Positions 60,170-64,000 of a stretch of DNA of 64,000 nt are shown piece after piece. The stretch lies in contig JAUFOQ010000006.1 in NCBI GenBank assembly GCA_040285855.1, positions 186,001-250,000 of the forward strand, in the 5' to 3' direction. How positions within the stretch are numbered: position 1 is the stretch's first letter; each line of letters opens with the position of its first letter. The notes under the pieces are model-generated. The model searched no databases, was not told the origin of the DNA, and saw only the letters and a list, made by a program, of their open reading frames with translations. The translations under genes and the position numbers were made by a program. The DNA is from Eukaryota sp. GEM-RC1. Taxonomy: Eukaryota.

Positions 60170-61632
60170 TACTCAATGTTTTCTTTTCCTTGGCACGTTT
60201 TTGGGAAATTATGAGAAAATTCATTCAGAATTGGAGAGTTCATTAACTACAATTGAAGAAAAACTAAATCAAATATTATCTTTAGATGTGAGCAAACATG
60301 TTTCCTTTGCTATGCTTCAGGTCTGTTTTTCCGGAAAAATTAAACCGTTTCAAAAATTCAAACATAAAATTCTTAACACCTCCTAAAAGAGCAGATTTTC
60401 TAATGATTTTTGCATGGGTGAAACCTACTGCTGCGAATTCAGAAGAATAAAAAGCATGAAATGGAATCTTAGACTCATCAATTTCAGCCAAGTTAGAGAG
60501 AAAATTTGTTCTAATAGAATTAAATTTCTTGGCAAATGTTTTAGTAAGGGAATAGACTAATGAACGTAAAAAATGATTCCCTTGGATGGAATCAATCTGT
60601 TGAATTCCAGTAATTGCCGTTGGATTCAATCTGCTAAAGATTTGGTATCATCTTTGTCTTCTGAAATGTGGGAATCTTTGTTCCCTGTTCATTTGAAGGA
60701 GACTCCTTTAAATAATATTTCATCTCTACCGTCTGCTGTATGTAAGCTGCAAAATAAACTGACAAAGGAGTTTGAACTCTTGGACTTTAATAATCGTATT
60801 AGCTTGGCTAAAGCTAATAGTGCCGAGTTCGCTGCTTTTTTTAATCGATCTTTGTAATAGTGGACCTTCTGGATTTATTTCTCAAATTCCAAAGGTGCAT
60901 GGATTACATCTATCTGATGAAGCTTGGATGATCAATATGCGTCTTCGTTTGACTATTTGGCCTGCAAATTTATTAAACTATTCAACGTGCTCTTGTGAAG
61001 CTAATGGTGTTTTTCGTCATTTAATTAATTGTCGTTATTTTATTCATTTCCGTGCAGTAATTCATGATGGTGTACGTGATTCTTGTTATTTCATGTTTAA
61101 AGCACATGGTTTTCACTCTAAAGTTGAACCAGATTTAAATCATCTATCAGAAAATGAATTTACTGATCAAAAAAGAGGGGATCTACATACTCCGTGGCTT
61201 AAATCGAGTCAATCATTAATGGATTTTACTACAGTAGATGTATGTAACAAATCTTGTGTTAGTAGGATATTAGATTCTTCTTTTAATCCTTTAACAGCAG
61301 CTGAAAAGCTCAAACACTCCAAGTATGACTCTCAAGTAGAAGAATTAAATAGAAACTCATATTCCAAATTTGTGTTTCAACCTTTTGCTGTTTCTCTTTT
61401 GGATCTATTAGTCCTGCTGGTGATCAATTTTTCAAGGATTTCGAAGAATTGTGTAAAGAAAAGAAGTAAGTTTAGAATGGCTGAATGGAAAAACCGTATA
61501 GTGTTTTCCATATATCGGAATATGCCTTTCTATTTCTCTAGATTAATTGAGAAATTGTACAAGTTTGGTGTGAAGGTTAATGTTGATAAACGTAATCTTT
61601 TACCGGGTGGTGATGAAGTCGTTTGGATTTAA
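60170..61632 (+). mobile_element. 5'-truncated CRE/R2-like non-LTR retrotransposon (RT end, thumb, CCHC, RLE) with internal inversion
   Basis: FLFLGTFLG (RT end), CFSGKI|NHFLRS, MRLRL..CSC..HLINC..IHDGVRD, KVEP...RGDL...DFTTVD...AAEKLKHSKY...FQPFAVS. Confidence 0.85.
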
Positions 61633-62139
61633 TCTTAGTATTTTTTGTTTGTTTTTACAATTTCATAGTTTGTAGGAAGGTTACCTTATTGGGTGCCGAA
61701 TAAACATGTTCTCTATTTATTCGTTTTAGATCAATTATTCACAACAGTATCCGGGATACATGTTTGGATATGTTTAAAGCTAATGGTGTTCATGGAAAAA
61801 TTGAACCTTTACTTGCTAATCTTTCTGATCAGCCAACAGTCGATAGGTTACACGGTCAGAATCATCAACTGATTTGACTTGACCTTTGACTCTTGACCAT
61901 TGAACAACTCAAATTCATAATTTCCCAAACTCAACAAACTTTAACTCTAAAATGATTTTTGGTCAATTGTGATCATTTCAAAAAAATTCAGCGGTGTAAA
62001 AGCCAAAGTACACGTTCAAACATCTAATTTTATTAATTTTGTATTTACACTAAATTTTACAATTATTTTTCTATAAAAGTGTTTGATTAATTGAATCAAA
62101 CACATTACAATTATAGATTAAACCACAATTAAAATTTAA

Positions 62140-62290
62140 GTTTTCAAGCTTCATTATTGACCTAAGGCTGTTCTTACAGCCTAGTAAAGATCTCAAGGAG
62201 TGATTAATCTTTGAACTAAAACAAACTGAAAGCATCAAAAAAACCAAATGTTTTTCCATTTATAAATCTTGAATTGATTGTGACTAAAAT
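62140..62290 (-). mobile_element. RT-thumb fragment of the same retroelement family
   Basis: LMLSVCFSSKINHSLRSL matches the reconstructed AMLQVCFSGKINHFLRSL. Confidence 0.7.
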
Positions 62291-62587
62291 TGAAGTTTAT
62301 TCAAAGAATTTTACAAACTACCTAAAATTTTACCTCGATTTCCAAAGTACGTACCCAACAATTTCATAGACTCAACAGAATTGTAATATACTGTACAATA
62401 ACTACGTAATTTTGATTGACCAACGCTGATTGCAAACGTAAACAAGATTGCTTAATTATAGTTCGGATTGACGACTCCACTTTTGTTAGTGGAATCGCCA
62501 TCAACTCATTTCTAAAAAACTACAGTACATTCTGACAATTAAATTCAGTACAATAGCCTCAAACAACAAGCAGCTTCATCAATCCTG

Positions 62588-63079
62588 ATGAAAAGCTCAC
62601 TGCTCACTATAACTCTTCTATCACTAGTTGCTTTTGTTTGTGCCGATATTTATGAAGTTCGTCATCACAACTTCTATAAAACACTCAACGTTCCACGTGA
62701 TGCTACTGGAACAGAAATCAAAAAGGCCTTCAGAACGATAGTGAGAACACAACATCCTGACAAAGCTGAAACTACAGAAGACCGAATTAAGGCTGAAAAG
62801 ATGTTTCCTCTCTTTAATGAGGCTTATGAAATACTATCTGACGCAGAATTGCGTAGAGAACTTGATTATCTGTTAGAAGAAAGGACGTTGTTTTGGTACA
62901 CCGTTACTGGCAAACCCGTAGACGGTAGATATGGTATTGTTGCACTAAGTGGTTTAGTTTTCATAGTGCTTGGACTCTCCAAGCATCTTCGATATTTGTT
63001 GAAGAAGCGACAGCGCTCAAAAATGAACGTTGAAATGGAAAGAAAACGTCACCTATTTTTGAAGGGACTCACTAGGTAA
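62588..63079 (+). CDS. Secretory-pathway DnaJ (Hsp40) protein
   Basis: Signal peptide, J-domain NFYKTLNV...EIKKAFR...QHPDK...AYEILSD...R..D, and a TM segment. Confidence 0.9.
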   Translation: MKSSLLTITLLSLVAFVCADIYEVRHHNFYKTLNVPRDATGTEIKKAFRTIVRTQHPDKAETTEDRIKAEKMFPLFNEAYEILSDAELRRELDYLLEERTLFWYTVTGKPVDGRYGIVALSGLVFIVLGLSKHLRYLLKKRQRSKMNVEMERKRHLFLKGLTR

Positions 63080-63212
63080 CTTCAATTGTATCCGTTGACT
63101 ATCAAATGGCATTGTCAGTCGTTGATCAATATTTAATTTGTGTTTTGATTTGGAACCATTAGTATTAAAGGATTACAGCCCAATCAATCATATGGAGAAA
63201 AAGTAAAAATCA

Positions 63213-63272
63213 GAAGATGATATATTAAATAAATTAAAATTATGAAGATGATATATTAAATAAATTAAAATT
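63213..63272 (+). repeat. Short tandem duplication (31-bp period)
   Basis: GAAGATGATATATTAAATAAATTAAAATT occurs twice. Confidence 0.85.
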
Positions 63273-64000
63273 GTATTTGAATCGTATTCTGGACAAATTG
63301 TATCGTGGTAGTTCAAGAGTAGATGTGGATCATTTAATATCGTTTAAGTACTAGTTGTTTGTATTTCGTTAATTTATAACATAAAATCCTTTTTAATTAA
63401 AATTACGAAATGTTAATTGATCCCCCACTTATCTCGACACATACTCTTCATGTATTGAAGCATTGTCAAGTTTTTAGTTTTACAGTAAAACGGAAACATC
63501 CCACAGTTCTCATTCTATCATGAACTGTCACACACTATTTGGATACGTACATTAAACTTTGACATTCTGTAAATACATTGTGTCATAATACTTTGCGCTA
63601 TTTTGTTTCATGCATAGATATTGTAATTCGTTTTAGGTGTGTTGTTTGGTGATGGACAGAAGAATAATTCTGTAGTGCTTATTCTTTATTTATCTGGGTC
63701 TCTCATGGATAAATATTCAATGTATCCATTTTTGACACCTTTTGGCGATCATGCAAACAAAACAAAACAAAATATGTATAACTACAAATACAATTTCGTT
63801 CAGTTATAAATAGCACTTGAGGTCAGTTATTCTCACACTAAGTGTAAAAATCTCCTTCAGAAGCGTCCCAAAAGGTCTTGCCATCATAACCGTAGAATTG
63901 TGCTCATTTTGACAGAAAACACAAAGCTTCCTAAATCAAAATAGTAGATGCAGATGAAGTTGGCTTCTCATCCAATCCATTGGATGTTCAAAAGTAAGCG

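Noticed and set aside
1..64000. tRNA, rRNA or snRNA genes, and a firm taxonomic assignment
   Set aside because: No RNA genes were recognised by eye. The sequence is clearly eukaryotic and protist-like, but the lineage cannot be established without a search.

Overview
AT-rich, gene-dense eukaryotic (protist-like) genomic DNA in the standard genetic code. Compact gene islands with tiny GT-AG introns (29-35 nt) alternate with decayed transposon-rich spacers. Housekeeping-type genes: Trk/Ktr cation transporter, acid-sphingomyelinase-like phosphodiesterase, SKI2 helicase, MTA/SAH nucleosidase, MATE transporter, DnaJ protein, receptor-type class III cyclase, and a large protein with about 26 copies of a 35-aa repeat. 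The window is rich in candidate ubiquitin-ligase receptors: one RING/U-box-B-box-LRR, four F-box-like LRR, one LRR-only and four BTB genes. The most striking gene fuses a Schlafen/AlbA_2 nuclease-type domain to a DEAH helicase resembling Spindle-E/TDRD9. Mobile DNA includes four hAT-type elements with 8-bp TSDs (one nested), a TA-flanked Tc1/mariner-type MITE and many RLE (CRE/R2-like) non-LTR fragments, one carrying a precise in-frame 237-bp inversion. Many genes are split by 1-nt frameshifts, mostly at homopolymer runs. These are most likely long-read consensus errors, so merged gene models are given. All family assignments come from motif recognition by eye; no searches were run.
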